Virus record (IMG/VR): IMGVR_UViG_3300036778_000062
Coordinates: 76,646-140,645 of that record
DNA from: a virus
Lineage: Duplodnaviria > Caudoviricetes
Reading direction: 5' to 3' (one strand)
DNA length: 64,000 bases
Both the position numbers and the translations under genes were made by a program. Below the pieces are notes generated by a model. It worked only from the letters and a program-made list of their open reading frames with translations. It did no database searches and was not told where the DNA came from. Shown piece by piece: positions 10,071 to 19,021 of the stretch (position 1 is the stretch's first letter; every line of letters begins with the position of its first letter).

Positions 10071-10807
10071 CAGTCGTTAAACGGGTTGCCGGCCTCGGTA
10101 AGGGCCGAAGTAAATTGCGAGTTTTGCGCCGCTGTCGGGGTTTGCGGCTGCACATTGCCGCCGTTCAGGACCGGCGAGGCCGCCGGGTCCTGCGGTGCGT
10201 TGATCGCCGCGAATCCGTTGTTGATGCGATCCTGTCCGGTCAGCGGACCAACAGAGGTGTCGCTGGTGCCCGAGACCGGCGTCGTCGTTCCGGTGTTGCC
10301 GGTCTGCGTGGCTGCAGCGCTCGAGGTCACGAGGCCCGCAGGCCTGACCTCCTGCGCTCGTACATCAATGGTGAGGAGGCCCGCTCCTCGTTCCGCCGAC
10401 CGTAAATAGTTCTGATGAACCAGGTTTAGGTTCGTATAGGTGACCTCCGGCGTCACCACATCATAGAGGTTGGTGTCGCCAATGATCGCAGCAATCGAAT
10501 TGATGAGGTTCTGCCGATCGGCGATCGATCCACCCGTCGCGAAGCGCAGCGTCGTCTCAAACGGCCGCTGCACCTTATTGTAGGAGGCGAAGCTGCCTTG
10601 TTCGACGGGTGCATTGGTAATGCTGAAATCCTGCGTGAACTCGATCGATAGCACGCTGTCGGCGATCACGACCGGCTCGCCGTTGAGGAAGAGGCCCCAT
10701 TGCGACGAAACGGCGCCGAAGCCAAGGAGGTCTGAGGCGACCAGCACCACCTCCGAGAAGACGCCGGCGATATCGCTCGGAAGGCTCGGCAAACCCGGAA
10801 TGCTCAT
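10070..10807 (-). CDS. Distal-tail/tube initiator (Dit-like)
   Basis: PVEQGSFASYNKV..PF, LYDVVTPE; directly after the tape measure gene. Confidence 0.7.
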   Translation of the reverse strand: MSIPGLPSLPSDIAGVFSEVVLVASDLLGFGAVSSQWGLFLNGEPVVIADSVLSIEFTQDFSITNAPVEQGSFASYNKVQRPFETTLRFATGGSIADRQNLINSIAAIIGDTNLYDVVTPEVTYTNLNLVHQNYLRSAERGAGLLTIDVRAQEVRPAGLVTSSAAATQTGNTGTTTPVSGTSDTSVGPLTGQDRINNGFAAINAPQDPAASPVLNGGNVQPQTPTAAQNSQFTSALTEAGNPFND

Positions 10808-12207
10808 TCGCCGCCCACCGATGCCTGATTGGCTTCAGCCTGCCGGCGCAAGCCCAGCTCGCGCAGACGATTGGTGAAGTCCTGCGGATCTCGCACACCG
10901 GGCAGGTTGATCGGCCCGTTGATCTCGAACGTGGTCTGCTGGCTCGAGACTGCCGGCGCGTTGCGATCGACACCGGCCCACTGCGAGAGGTGCGCGCCGT
11001 TGGCCGCACCATGAAAATCTGTCCAGCCATGTTTCTGCACCCAATCGAGCGCGAAGGTGATGGTGCGCGCTTCGTTGGCCGGGTCGGATGGATCGAGCCC
11101 GGTCTGTTCGCGGAACTGGTCGCCGACGGCGTGCCCGCGGCGTCCGGGGGTGATGTGAAGCTGGTAGGCGCCAAACGACGTTCCATTGTCGCCAACGAAG
11201 CTGGAGAAGCCCTCGCTGCGGGCAACCGCCATTGCATAGTCCGGGTTTATGCCCCGGCTCGACGCCTGCTGCCGGATGAACGCTTCTTTCTGTGACGGAT
11301 TGCGGAATCCGCCGGCCGCCGCATCGACCGGCGTCGAGTTGACGGCTGGGCGGGTGTACGTTGTCGCTTTCCCCCCGTCCTGCGGCGTCACGAGGAGGTA
11401 GTGCGCCAGGTCAATTGCGCCGAAGAGAAGCTTGAGCCCGAAGTTCTCCGTGGATACCTTGAGTGCATCCCAGCGCCGCTGAAGCCGGCCAGCTGCTTCC
11501 GCCTCAGAGTCCGTCCAGCCCTGGATTTTCTGAAGCTTCTCGATGAGCTTGTCCGAACCCTGGATCAGCATGTCAAACATGCCCGCGTCCATGCCCGGGA
11601 TTTTGCCGGCGAGGTAGGACGCCAGATTCTGGTCCTGCGCAAGGTCGTGGATGATCTTCAGGTTCTGCGCCAGCGCGAGGTAGTTTTCCTGCAGCGACTT
11701 GGTGCTGTCGATCGTGCGGGCGTTGGCGGCGTCCAGTTTCTGCGCCTCGGTGTTGATGGCGCGGAATATCGGCATGATGCCGGGCGCTTCCGGACCACCC
11801 ACCTGCCAGGATGTGAAGACGTTGGAAAGCTGCTGGAAGGATCCAGCCATCTGCTCACCCGTCGAGCCGAATTCGCGAGCAAGGCCCTGCCATTTTGATA
11901 TGTCGCTTGCGCTCTGTCCGATCGCGCGTGACAGCCGGCCGACGGCAGCGCCGGCCTGTATCGTGTCGGTGACGAAGCCTCTGAGGCTATCGACGCCGGC
12001 GAGCACGGCGAACATGCCGACCGCGCGGCGGCCCAACATGGCGATCGATTCCCCGACTCGATCTGTCGAATCCTCGACTTCGCTCGATCGCCGGCGGACC
12101 TCGTCTGTGGTCTTCTTGGCAGCCTCGACGGCCTTCTTTTGTTGGGCGTCGAATTTTGTCGCATCCAGGCCGAGTTCGATGACAAGCGAGTCGATGACGT
12201 GAGCCAT
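10804..12207 (-). CDS. Tape measure protein with C-terminal lysozyme-like domain
   Basis: VIDSLVIELGLD start, helical body, RGINPDYAMAVARSEG...GDNGTSFGAYQL lytic-transglycosylase-like motif. Confidence 0.85.
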   Translation of the reverse strand: MAHVIDSLVIELGLDATKFDAQQKKAVEAAKKTTDEVRRRSSEVEDSTDRVGESIAMLGRRAVGMFAVLAGVDSLRGFVTDTIQAGAAVGRLSRAIGQSASDISKWQGLAREFGSTGEQMAGSFQQLSNVFTSWQVGGPEAPGIMPIFRAINTEAQKLDAANARTIDSTKSLQENYLALAQNLKIIHDLAQDQNLASYLAGKIPGMDAGMFDMLIQGSDKLIEKLQKIQGWTDSEAEAAGRLQRRWDALKVSTENFGLKLLFGAIDLAHYLLVTPQDGGKATTYTRPAVNSTPVDAAAGGFRNPSQKEAFIRQQASSRGINPDYAMAVARSEGFSSFVGDNGTSFGAYQLHITPGRRGHAVGDQFREQTGLDPSDPANEARTITFALDWVQKHGWTDFHGAANGAHLSQWAGVDRNAPAVSSQQTTFEINGPINLPGVRDPQDFTNRLRELGLRRQAEANQASVGGE

Positions 12208-12208
12208 A

Positions 12209-12457
12209 TCAAGGTCTCTTCGGCCGCATCAGCCATCGGTTATAGGCATCGACTTGTCCGACCTCGATCAGATCGTAGACATCTCGCAGGCTATAGATCG
12301 TCTGCGTCTCGTGCAGCGTGGCGAGCTTAAGGCTTACGACTGCGCCAATTGATCGGGGGATGTTGACGTATTCTGCGAGCTGGCGGTTCGTGCCATCTGA
12401 AGCTTGGCCGAGATCGCCTCGTTCAATGTCTGTACGAGCCCGGCCAAAGTAAAACCC
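12209..12457 (-). CDS. -1 frameshift extension of the tail chaperone (gpGT-like)
   Basis: Open -1 frame entered at G GGT TTT; ends ATLHETQTIYSLRDVYDLIEV just before the TMP. Confidence 0.7.
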   Translation of the reverse strand, partial: GFYFGRARTDIERGDLGQASDGTNRQLAEYVNIPRSIGAVVSLKLATLHETQTIYSLRDVYDLIEVGQVDAYNRWLMRPKRP

Positions 12458-12822
12458 GTATGCAAAAACAGCCATTTCTCGCGGAGCAGCTTCAGCGTCG
12501 AAATCTCCTCAACGAGCTGCGGATTCCACGGGACGCGAACGTCAGACTGCGGGTGGCTCCAGACGCATTGCAGCATCTCATCCATCAGCGGTTTCACCGC
12601 CGGCGGCGCGGAGCCGATGAAGGTCTGGTAGCCGAGGAGCACCAGGCCGAGCGCGCCGGCCTGAACCACGTCCGGAGAGACCGGCACGCCTGAGGTTCCC
12701 AACGCCTGGAAGGTTCGCACCGCGAACCATTCCAGGTCATAGGCTGACATCTCGACGATGAGGAAGGTCTTGTCCTTGTCTCGATTGTCGTCGGTGATCT
12801 TGACCACAAGTTCGTTACGCAT
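12334..12822 (-). CDS. Tail assembly chaperone
   Basis: RDKDKTFLI.EMSA motif; between tube and TMP; contains slippery heptamer. Confidence 0.8.
   Translation of the reverse strand: MRNELVVKITDDNRDKDKTFLIVEMSAYDLEWFAVRTFQALGTSGVPVSPDVVQAGALGLVLLGYQTFIGSAPPAVKPLMDEMLQCVWSHPQSDVRVPWNPQLVEEISTLKLLREKWLFLHTGFTLAGLVQTLNEAISAKLQMARTASSQNTSTSPDQLAQS
12451..12457 (-). promoter_or_regulatory. Programmed -1 frameshift site GGGTTTT
   Basis: X XXY YYZ heptamer in the correct frame (acG GGT TTT) joining two overlapping ORFs. Confidence 0.75.
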
Positions 12823-12825
12823 GCA

Positions 12826-13254
12826 TCACACCGGATTCGGAATGGCGCTTTGCCATGTGATGGTGTGCTTTCGCTCCTTCAAGGTGCGTTGAGCATCGGA
12901 GATCGGCTGATAGGAGGTTAGGAAGCCGCGAGTCATCGAATACTTGGTCCTAAGGCTGCGCAGCGTCTCGGTGCCACTCGCGATCAAAGTGTCCTGCTGC
13001 GCCTTCTGCTGCTGAAACCATTGATCGAAGAAGAAGTTGGCCGGCGAATCTGCCATCAAATAGAAGGTCTGCCTGGTCGGAACGTTGATGAAACCGCCGG
13101 TCAGGACACCATCCACGCCCATTGCGGTTTCGGCCGCCTCGATCGGTTCGACGCCAAAGACATTGTCGGCGGCGAACTGTTGGAGCTGAAACGGCTGGTC
13201 GAAAAGACCAGGGATCGTCAGCATGATGATCGCATTGGCTGCGGTTATTGACAT
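12826..13254 (-). CDS. Tail tube protein (DUF3277-like)
   Basis: LQQFAAD...MGVDG.L.GG...L.ADSP; follows the sheath. Confidence 0.8.
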   Translation of the reverse strand: MSITAANAIIMLTIPGLFDQPFQLQQFAADNVFGVEPIEAAETAMGVDGVLTGGFINVPTRQTFYLMADSPANFFFDQWFQQQKAQQDTLIASGTETLRSLRTKYSMTRGFLTSYQPISDAQRTLKERKHTITWQSAIPNPV

Positions 13255-13284
13255 TTTCGATTGGCTCCCAGATCGCGCGATCGA

Positions 13285-15030
13285 TTAGAGGAGAGCGACG
13301 GTGGGCAGCGAGATCGTCTGCACCGCTTCGCCGTCGGTGTAGAAGAACTTCATGGGCGGCGAACCGCGCTGCTGACGCACCTGTGGAGTTGCGGTGCCTA
13401 TGAAGAGATACCAGCCCTGCACCGACAGCGTTGCGGCCACATTCAGGCCACCAGCTGCGGCATTGACGGCGGCTGCCTGTGAGCCCGAAACTGCAACACC
13501 GGCGCTGTACATGCCGAACGTCAGGCCCTGCTGGATGCGGTCCGACAGCGCTTCTTCGATAGTGGTATTGCCGGCCGAGGTGTACGGGATCGCGTTAGTG
13601 TTCTGCCGCAGCGTCATCAAATCGGACTGGAAGCCGTTCGTCAGCCAGATGGCATTGATGAGACTGTCCAGCCAGGTGAAGGCGCCGGAAACTGAGCCGT
13701 CGACGTAGAAGATGAACTCGGCATTCGCGGTGCCGTAGGCACCATAGAAGTTGTAGCCGTTTTCCGACAGATTGTCGGCCACGACTTCGTCGGTGACGCC
13801 GGGGGTCAGGCCCGCCTGAGATCGACCATCGAAGGTGATCCGGCCACCGGGCTGGTCGAAATTTATCGAGGCCGCGGCGCCCGAGACAAACGCTGCAAGA
13901 TTGGTTTCGCTTGGCTGCCAATTGACCGAGCAGCATGCGTAGCCGAGCGCCTTGATCTGTTGACCGAGACAGTTCGGAGCCGGATCTGAGACCGTCGGTG
14001 AGACGTCGCTGTCCGCGACCACGTAGACGAAGCGGTTGCTCTGCCGCGATACCCATTGTGCGAAGGCGAGCCGGACCGTGATTTCGTCCGGCGCATCCGG
14101 ATTGAATGTCGTGAAAAACGTCACCCAATTGCGCTGGTTGCGCACGAGCGCATCCATGAACGGGCTTGGCGTCGCCGCCACAGCACCAGGCGATACGACG
14201 GCGCCGAGGGCCTGCGTCAGCAATAGGTCGGTTGCGAGAGCACCAGAACCGAAGCTGATGGTCGAATCCTCGCCCGCGGTACCGGAGAAGAAAAGGAAGG
14301 CGCCAGACACGCTGTCGAATTGCACCGCCGGCGCATCACCGGTCATCGCCTCGCTGTTCACCGTCTGAGAGGCGTTGACCGAATAGGTGCCTTTGCCGCC
14401 CATTGAGCCGTCGGTCTCGGTGCTCGTGAGCTGCTGCTGGATGAACGTGCCGGCCGTGACGCTTGCGCCGTTGAGGACGACGCCAACGCCAAGCTTGCCT
14501 TCGCCCTCGGTGAAGGCGGTCACGGTTAGCGTGGTCGTCGCGATCGAACAGGTGAACGCTGCAACCTGCACGCCTTCGATGCCAAGCTGGTTCGCGATTA
14601 GCTCGGCCGCGTTCGTGAACGAAGTGGAGCCCGACAGGTTTACGTTTGCGGTTTTCAACGTTCCGTCGATCGTGACGTTGAGCGTACCGCTAAAGCTCTG
14701 CAGCTCCGTCAGCGTCGTGGACGCTGCGATGTTCCCGCCGCGCAGGAAGGCGGCGACATCCTCCTCATTGTACTGCGCCACCTGGAGCGCGCCGGGCTTC
14801 ACGGTCGAGCCGTCGTAACCGGCGAAATAGGTGGTTGCCATTGAGGCTTCTATCGAGGTCGCCCCAAAATACTGGCTGACTGCGTCCGGCGTGTCGAACT
14901 CCTGCACGGTACCGATCGGCACCCGGATGGCATTTGACAGCATCAAACCATTCGTGACGATGGCTGAGCCGCCGGCGGGCAATACGCCCGGCGGGACATC
15001 CACGAGTTTCCTGGCCGGGATTGTGCTCAT
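13285..15030 (-). CDS. Tail sheath protein (DUF3383) with inserted module
   Basis: 581 aa; NGYNFYGAY, WLDS.IN.IWL, IPY...G, R..RGSP...F.YTDG motifs. Confidence 0.9.
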   Translation of the reverse strand: MSTIPARKLVDVPPGVLPAGGSAIVTNGLMLSNAIRVPIGTVQEFDTPDAVSQYFGATSIEASMATTYFAGYDGSTVKPGALQVAQYNEEDVAAFLRGGNIAASTTLTELQSFSGTLNVTIDGTLKTANVNLSGSTSFTNAAELIANQLGIEGVQVAAFTCSIATTTLTVTAFTEGEGKLGVGVVLNGASVTAGTFIQQQLTSTETDGSMGGKGTYSVNASQTVNSEAMTGDAPAVQFDSVSGAFLFFSGTAGEDSTISFGSGALATDLLLTQALGAVVSPGAVAATPSPFMDALVRNQRNWVTFFTTFNPDAPDEITVRLAFAQWVSRQSNRFVYVVADSDVSPTVSDPAPNCLGQQIKALGYACCSVNWQPSETNLAAFVSGAAASINFDQPGGRITFDGRSQAGLTPGVTDEVVADNLSENGYNFYGAYGTANAEFIFYVDGSVSGAFTWLDSLINAIWLTNGFQSDLMTLRQNTNAIPYTSAGNTTIEEALSDRIQQGLTFGMYSAGVAVSGSQAAAVNAAAGGLNVAATLSVQGWYLFIGTATPQVRQQRGSPPMKFFYTDGEAVQTISLPTVALL

Positions 15031-15037
15031 TGGTTCC

Positions 15038-15757
15038 TCATGGCGATGGCGGGAAATCGACGTTGTAGAGATCGATGGTCAAGGAGCTTGCGAACTCCTG
15101 CGAGACTGCCACGGTCGGATCGACCTGCAGATGGGCCTCTACAATCCATCGGTCCTCGTATTGAACTGCGGCCGTATTGAATGGCATCTGCCGCGGATCG
15201 TCTGCGTAGAGGGGTGATAGGCCGGTTCCCTCGAGATGTTCGACCGCGAACGGATCTCGGAAGAGGGTCGATATCGTCTGTGCATTCTCGGCTGACGCCG
15301 GCCCGTGCACGTCGATCTGAACCACGACTTCCGTCGGCTGCATCACGATCGCCTGTCCGGCCGAGATAATCGTCGCGGCGACATCCTGCGCCGGAGTCAC
15401 CGCGTAGACGCCGACACCGCCAGGCGTCCCCGAAATCTGCTCTGAGACGGTTGTGCCAATCGCGATGCCGACGCCGAAGACCGTCGCATCGATGTTCATG
15501 ACGCCGCGGATGACGTCGGTGATTGTCATCTGATCGCCGTCGATCGAGCCCTCAAACTCGGCATCGGCCATCGTGTCGAGATTGGTTCCGAGGCGTGGGC
15601 GGCGCAGCGGCCACATCACGATGAAGTCACCTTCTGGGGCGGGCACCCGATTGACCTGTCCGACGACGATCTTGCCCGGCCGGAGCTGCGGTAGCATCGC
15701 TTTCAGCAGATCGCCAAGCGCAATGTTGATGCTGTCCTGGGTGATCGAAATGTTCAT
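15038..15757 (-). CDS. Tail completion/terminator protein with inserted module
   Basis: GQVNRVP.P, QIDVHGP, PLYADDP.Q, QYEDRW motifs; upstream of sheath. Confidence 0.75.
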   Translation of the reverse strand: MNISITQDSINIALGDLLKAMLPQLRPGKIVVGQVNRVPAPEGDFIVMWPLRRPRLGTNLDTMADAEFEGSIDGDQMTITDVIRGVMNIDATVFGVGIAIGTTVSEQISGTPGGVGVYAVTPAQDVAATIISAGQAIVMQPTEVVVQIDVHGPASAENAQTISTLFRDPFAVEHLEGTGLSPLYADDPRQMPFNTAAVQYEDRWIVEAHLQVDPTVAVSQEFASSLTIDLYNVDFPPSP

Positions 15758-16095
15758 CGGTAGAAGAGGGCGTTCACCTTGCCGCCCGAGGTCTGCGAGA
15801 TGAAGCGAAGCGCCGAGATCGTGCCCTCGTAGTTCAGCACCTGACCGACAGCCAGCGGCATGCCAACGGCGGCGGTCGGCGCAGTACGGTCATCACGGTA
15901 GCGAACGGCCTGGCCCTCTGCCGTAATGACGACCATGCTCGGTGTGCCCGCACATGCAGCCGGGATTGTCAGCGGTGTCGCTGTATCGACCGCAACCTGC
16001 TGGTACCCGCAGGGTACCCGGCGGATACCGCTATCGGCGCGCGCGCAGCTCATCGCGAGCGCGATCGTCAGCGCCGCGGTCAATCCTCGAAGCAT
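15754..16095 (-). CDS. Small beta-rich phage protein with signal peptide
   Basis: MLRGLTAALTIALAMSCARA leader; GYQQ...AEGQAVRYRDD.TAPTA.VGMPL core; stop overlaps the next start (ATGA). Confidence 0.7.
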   Translation of the reverse strand: MLRGLTAALTIALAMSCARADSGIRRVPCGYQQVAVDTATPLTIPAACAGTPSMVVITAEGQAVRYRDDRTAPTAAVGMPLAVGQVLNYEGTISALRFISQTSGGKVNALFYR

Positions 16096-16108
16096 TGTAT
16101 GATCCCTC

Positions 16109-16504
16109 TTACGATGGGTCTGGGATGTCGTCCTGCAGCACCACAGCAACCTTGCACCAGTCCGCCCATTGCTCCACGGACGCCAGCACCAGCCACGTAT
16201 TGCCCTCTGGAAGGGTGCCGTCAGGGAACACGACCAGATCGCCGCCCAGCTTCTTGATGCGGCTGATCGCAAGTGCGGCGCCGTTCAGATAGATGGCCTT
16301 CTGGGCTCCCTGAACATTGAGGGCGTCGAGCTGGCGGATATCGCCCGAGGTGATGGGCTGAACCTGTGCCTGCACCGGCGCCTTGTCGTAGGTCGGTACC
16401 TGCACATAGTTGACGAGCGTGTATCCGGTGCTGATGAACAGCGTGGCGGCAACGTTTGGGTTAACCGCACGCGTCACGCCGTTGGCTATCGCCCGAAGGT
16501 TCAT
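16109..16504 (-). CDS. Head-closure/neck protein
   Basis: MNLRAIA....AVNP, AQVQP, GGDLV.F, WLV...E.W.DWCKV motifs. Confidence 0.75.
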   Translation of the reverse strand: MNLRAIANGVTRAVNPNVAATLFISTGYTLVNYVQVPTYDKAPVQAQVQPITSGDIRQLDALNVQGAQKAIYLNGAALAISRIKKLGGDLVVFPDGTLPEGNTWLVLASVEQWADWCKVAVVLQDDIPDPS

Positions 16505-16509
16505 CGTGG

Positions 16510-17112
16510 CTACCGCGGCGCCAGGCAAGCCGTGACGACCAGGTTCGCCGTCGCAGTGGCGGTGCCGGTGAATTTCAGCGCGAGGCGGTCGCCAGCGGCA
16601 AGGGCCACGCTCGCTGCTGTTCCAACGAGCGCGCCGGCCTGAACCGTGTTGGCGGTGGCGTTAAGATTGAAGCCGGCGTTCGTATTGTTGGTCAGGAGAG
16701 CGGTGCCTGAGCCCGGCGCAGTGGTCCCGGTGTCCTTCTCGACCTGCATCGTCTCGGTGGCGCCGGCAGCCGTAGAATGCACCTCACTGACGCTGACGAG
16801 CTTGTAGGGCCTGGTTGCGACGAAGAAAGCCGCATTGGCCGGTGAGGCCAGGGTCCCCATTTGCGCGAAGGTGGTGCAGACCAGACCGTCGGAAGACTTC
16901 AGCGTCGTGAAGTTGCCGGGTGCTGGTGTGGTCCCCCCGATTGTCATGTCGTCGATAGTACCGGGCGTCGCACCATTGCTTTTCGGCGGCGCGATCGGGA
17001 AAGCCAGGTCGCCGATGTTGGTGAAGAAGGTGGTGCTCGCAGCGCGCGCGGCGATCGCAGGCGCGAGCAAGGCGGCAATGACGATCACAACTTTCGTTGT
17101 CACGGTTCGCAT
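16510..17112 (-). CDS. Beta-rich decoration-like protein with signal peptide
   Basis: MRTVTTKVVIVIAALLAPAIAARA leader; IDDMTIGGTTPAPGNFTTL fibre-like motif; jelly-roll-like C-term with 2 Cys. Confidence 0.6.
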   Translation of the reverse strand: MRTVTTKVVIVIAALLAPAIAARAASTTFFTNIGDLAFPIAPPKSNGATPGTIDDMTIGGTTPAPGNFTTLKSSDGLVCTTFAQMGTLASPANAAFFVATRPYKLVSVSEVHSTAAGATETMQVEKDTGTTAPGSGTALLTNNTNAGFNLNATANTVQAGALVGTAASVALAAGDRLALKFTGTATATANLVVTACLAPR

Positions 17113-17129
17113 GGTTGGACTCCTCGTTG

Positions 17130-17570
17130 TCAGGATTTCACTTCGAACGAGACGGCGCGGATCATGTCACCGTGCTCGATGAGGGGCTTGTCGAAGCCCT
17201 TGCGCTTGACCGTCGATTCCGCCAGCGGCGGCGAATTCGTTTGCTGGATGCTCATCTGCAGGTCGCTCGCGATCCCTTCGCCAACGCGTTGCAGGGTGAG
17301 GTCCTGATCGTAATCGGTCGCCTTCAGGTTCTCGGCGACCGCGACCGGCCACGTCGACTCCTTCTCCGCGATCATGTTGCGGAAGAAAGGCCGTGGCGGA
17401 ATTTTGCTGGTTCCGAACTCGTTGGCGGCGGCGCGAACGGCGATGGGCTGACCGTCCGGCCCGGTTGCGTTCTCGAGGAAGCCGACGCGGACCGATCCTG
17501 GCCGCGAGAGTTGCTCCGCGATCTGACTGAGCGCCAGCGCGAACTTGTCGCCGCCCTTGATGGTCGCCAT
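17130..17570 (-). CDS. Neck/virion morphogenesis protein
   Basis: VRVGF, A..NEFGT..IPPRPFFR, PLA.ST..RKG.DKPLI..G.M motifs. Confidence 0.85.
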   Translation of the reverse strand: MATIKGGDKFALALSQIAEQLSRPGSVRVGFLENATGPDGQPIAVRAAANEFGTSKIPPRPFFRNMIAEKESTWPVAVAENLKATDYDQDLTLQRVGEGIASDLQMSIQQTNSPPLAESTVKRKGFDKPLIEHGDMIRAVSFEVKS

Positions 17571-17962
17571 CAGGTGATCGCGTCAGCGAGGCTCTTGGGC
17601 TGCTCCTTCGGGGCTTCTTGCTGCGGCGGCCCCTTCGGCTCTTCCTTCGTCTTTGCGGCCTCGGCAGCCGCCGCTGCGGCTGCGGCGTCGGCCGCGTCGG
17701 ACTCCGCCTTCTTCTTGGCCTGCATCCATTCGATGACCGGAGCGAGGTCTCTGCGGATCATCTCGATATCGCCGGCCAGGGCCTCGACATTCAGTACTGC
17801 CCGACGCGTATCGGCGATCGCTTCCTCGAACTGAGGAATGAAGGACATCAGCCGTCGGATGTCGGACTCAGACAACTGCGGAACGTTGTCGAGCCGCTTC
17901 AGGGCCTCCTCGACCATAGCCTTCGATTTCCAGAGGGCATTGACTTTGGCGTCCAAATCCAT
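17570..17962 (-). CDS. Hypothetical coiled-coil phage protein
   Basis: 130 aa, RBS GAGGAG, coupled to the next gene. Confidence 0.55.
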   Translation of the reverse strand: MDLDAKVNALWKSKAMVEEALKRLDNVPQLSESDIRRLMSFIPQFEEAIADTRRAVLNVEALAGDIEMIRRDLAPVIEWMQAKKKAESDAADAAAAAAAAEAAKTKEEPKGPPQQEAPKEQPKSLADAIT

Positions 17963-17980
17963 GGGCTGGTTCTCCTCGAG

Positions 17981-18421
17981 CTATACGCCCCAGCCCGGAG
18001 GGCCGACGACGCCGCGGTTCTTGTTCGGGATGTAGCGCATGGTTCGGAACGGCGCGGTTGCCATCCAGTACATCGCGCCGTATTTGGTCTGGATGAACCA
18101 CGCCATCTGCTCTGAGACGCTGTTCGAATAGGCGGCTTGGACCGACACCGAACCTTCGCTGGCGCTGTTGATGCGGCCTACGATGGTCGATGCCTGCTGC
18201 CCCGGCGCCGGCGGCGCGAACAGTGCCGCGATATGCGCGGTGAGCATGTTGAGCAGTGCGAGCTGCTGTTCAGGACTATGGACCGGCCCGCCGCCGTCGT
18301 TGCGGTGGATCGTCGTGGCAAGCTGGAAATACTGCTGCGCCTGCGCCTGGTTCACCGTGGCGGTGAACTCGGGATAGATCGCGATCCATTGGGCATAATT
18401 GAGCTGAACAACGACACCCAT
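17981..18421 (-). CDS. Head-tail adaptor (DUF4054)
   Basis: YPEF, L.MLTAHIA.L, VGRI.SA.EGSVSV, W..QTKYG..YW. Confidence 0.88.
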   Translation of the reverse strand: MGVVVQLNYAQWIAIYPEFTATVNQAQAQQYFQLATTIHRNDGGGPVHSPEQQLALLNMLTAHIAALFAPPAPGQQASTIVGRINSASEGSVSVQAAYSNSVSEQMAWFIQTKYGAMYWMATAPFRTMRYIPNKNRGVVGPPGWGV

Positions 18422-18445
18422 AGCGCGCTCCTCGCAACGGAACAA

Positions 18446-18955
18446 TCAAGCGCCTTGCGTATCGAAGTCGGCATTGGCTCTTTCCATTGCCGCGCTGACT
18501 CCGTTGGTCACGAGCCGTTCGTCGGAAATGATCATGCGGCCTTCTTTCGACTTCATAGTCACATCGAGTGGCTCGACACCAGTCTTCTGCCTTTCGTGCT
18601 CGCGCGCCCAGGAGATGACTCGGCCGCGTTGCTTGTGACCATAGATCATGTTGTTTTTGACAAACTCGGAGTCCTTATTGTGCTCCATGAAATGCTCAAA
18701 GACATCGGCCGGAACGTTCGACGTCAGCGCGTAGCCGCCGATGACTTCGACAAGTGCGCGGTATTGCGCCGGCACATTAGGTCCCTTGATGCGGATATAC
18801 TTTCCTGTCGGGCGCCAAATCGTCACGTCACGAACACCGCCGCCCAAGACCTGTTCCCGCTCCTCCCGCTTGGCGTACATGCGGATCTTGATGCCGTGCG
18901 GCAGCTTGCAGGCAACGGTCACTACCTCTGGAACTAAGGGCTGGGCATCGGTCAT
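18446..18955 (-). CDS. Conserved phage head-region protein
   Basis: VTVACKLPHG, GYALT.NV, KTG.EPL motifs; follows the capsid gene. Confidence 0.7.
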   Translation of the reverse strand: MTDAQPLVPEVVTVACKLPHGIKIRMYAKREEREQVLGGGVRDVTIWRPTGKYIRIKGPNVPAQYRALVEVIGGYALTSNVPADVFEHFMEHNKDSEFVKNNMIYGHKQRGRVISWAREHERQKTGVEPLDVTMKSKEGRMIISDERLVTNGVSAAMERANADFDTQGA

Positions 18956-18988
18956 CGTCAGGAACTCCTGGTTAAAATGAGAGCTGTG

Positions 18989-19016
18989 TTCGGCCGCGGA
19001 TTTGACCGCGGCCGAA
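18989..19016. repeat. 11-bp stem hairpin just downstream of the capsid stop (mRNA stabiliser or attenuator)
   Basis: TTCGGCCGCGG-N6-CCGCGGCCGAA; no 3' U-tract on the coding strand. Confidence 0.55.
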
Positions 19017-19021
19017 AAACG

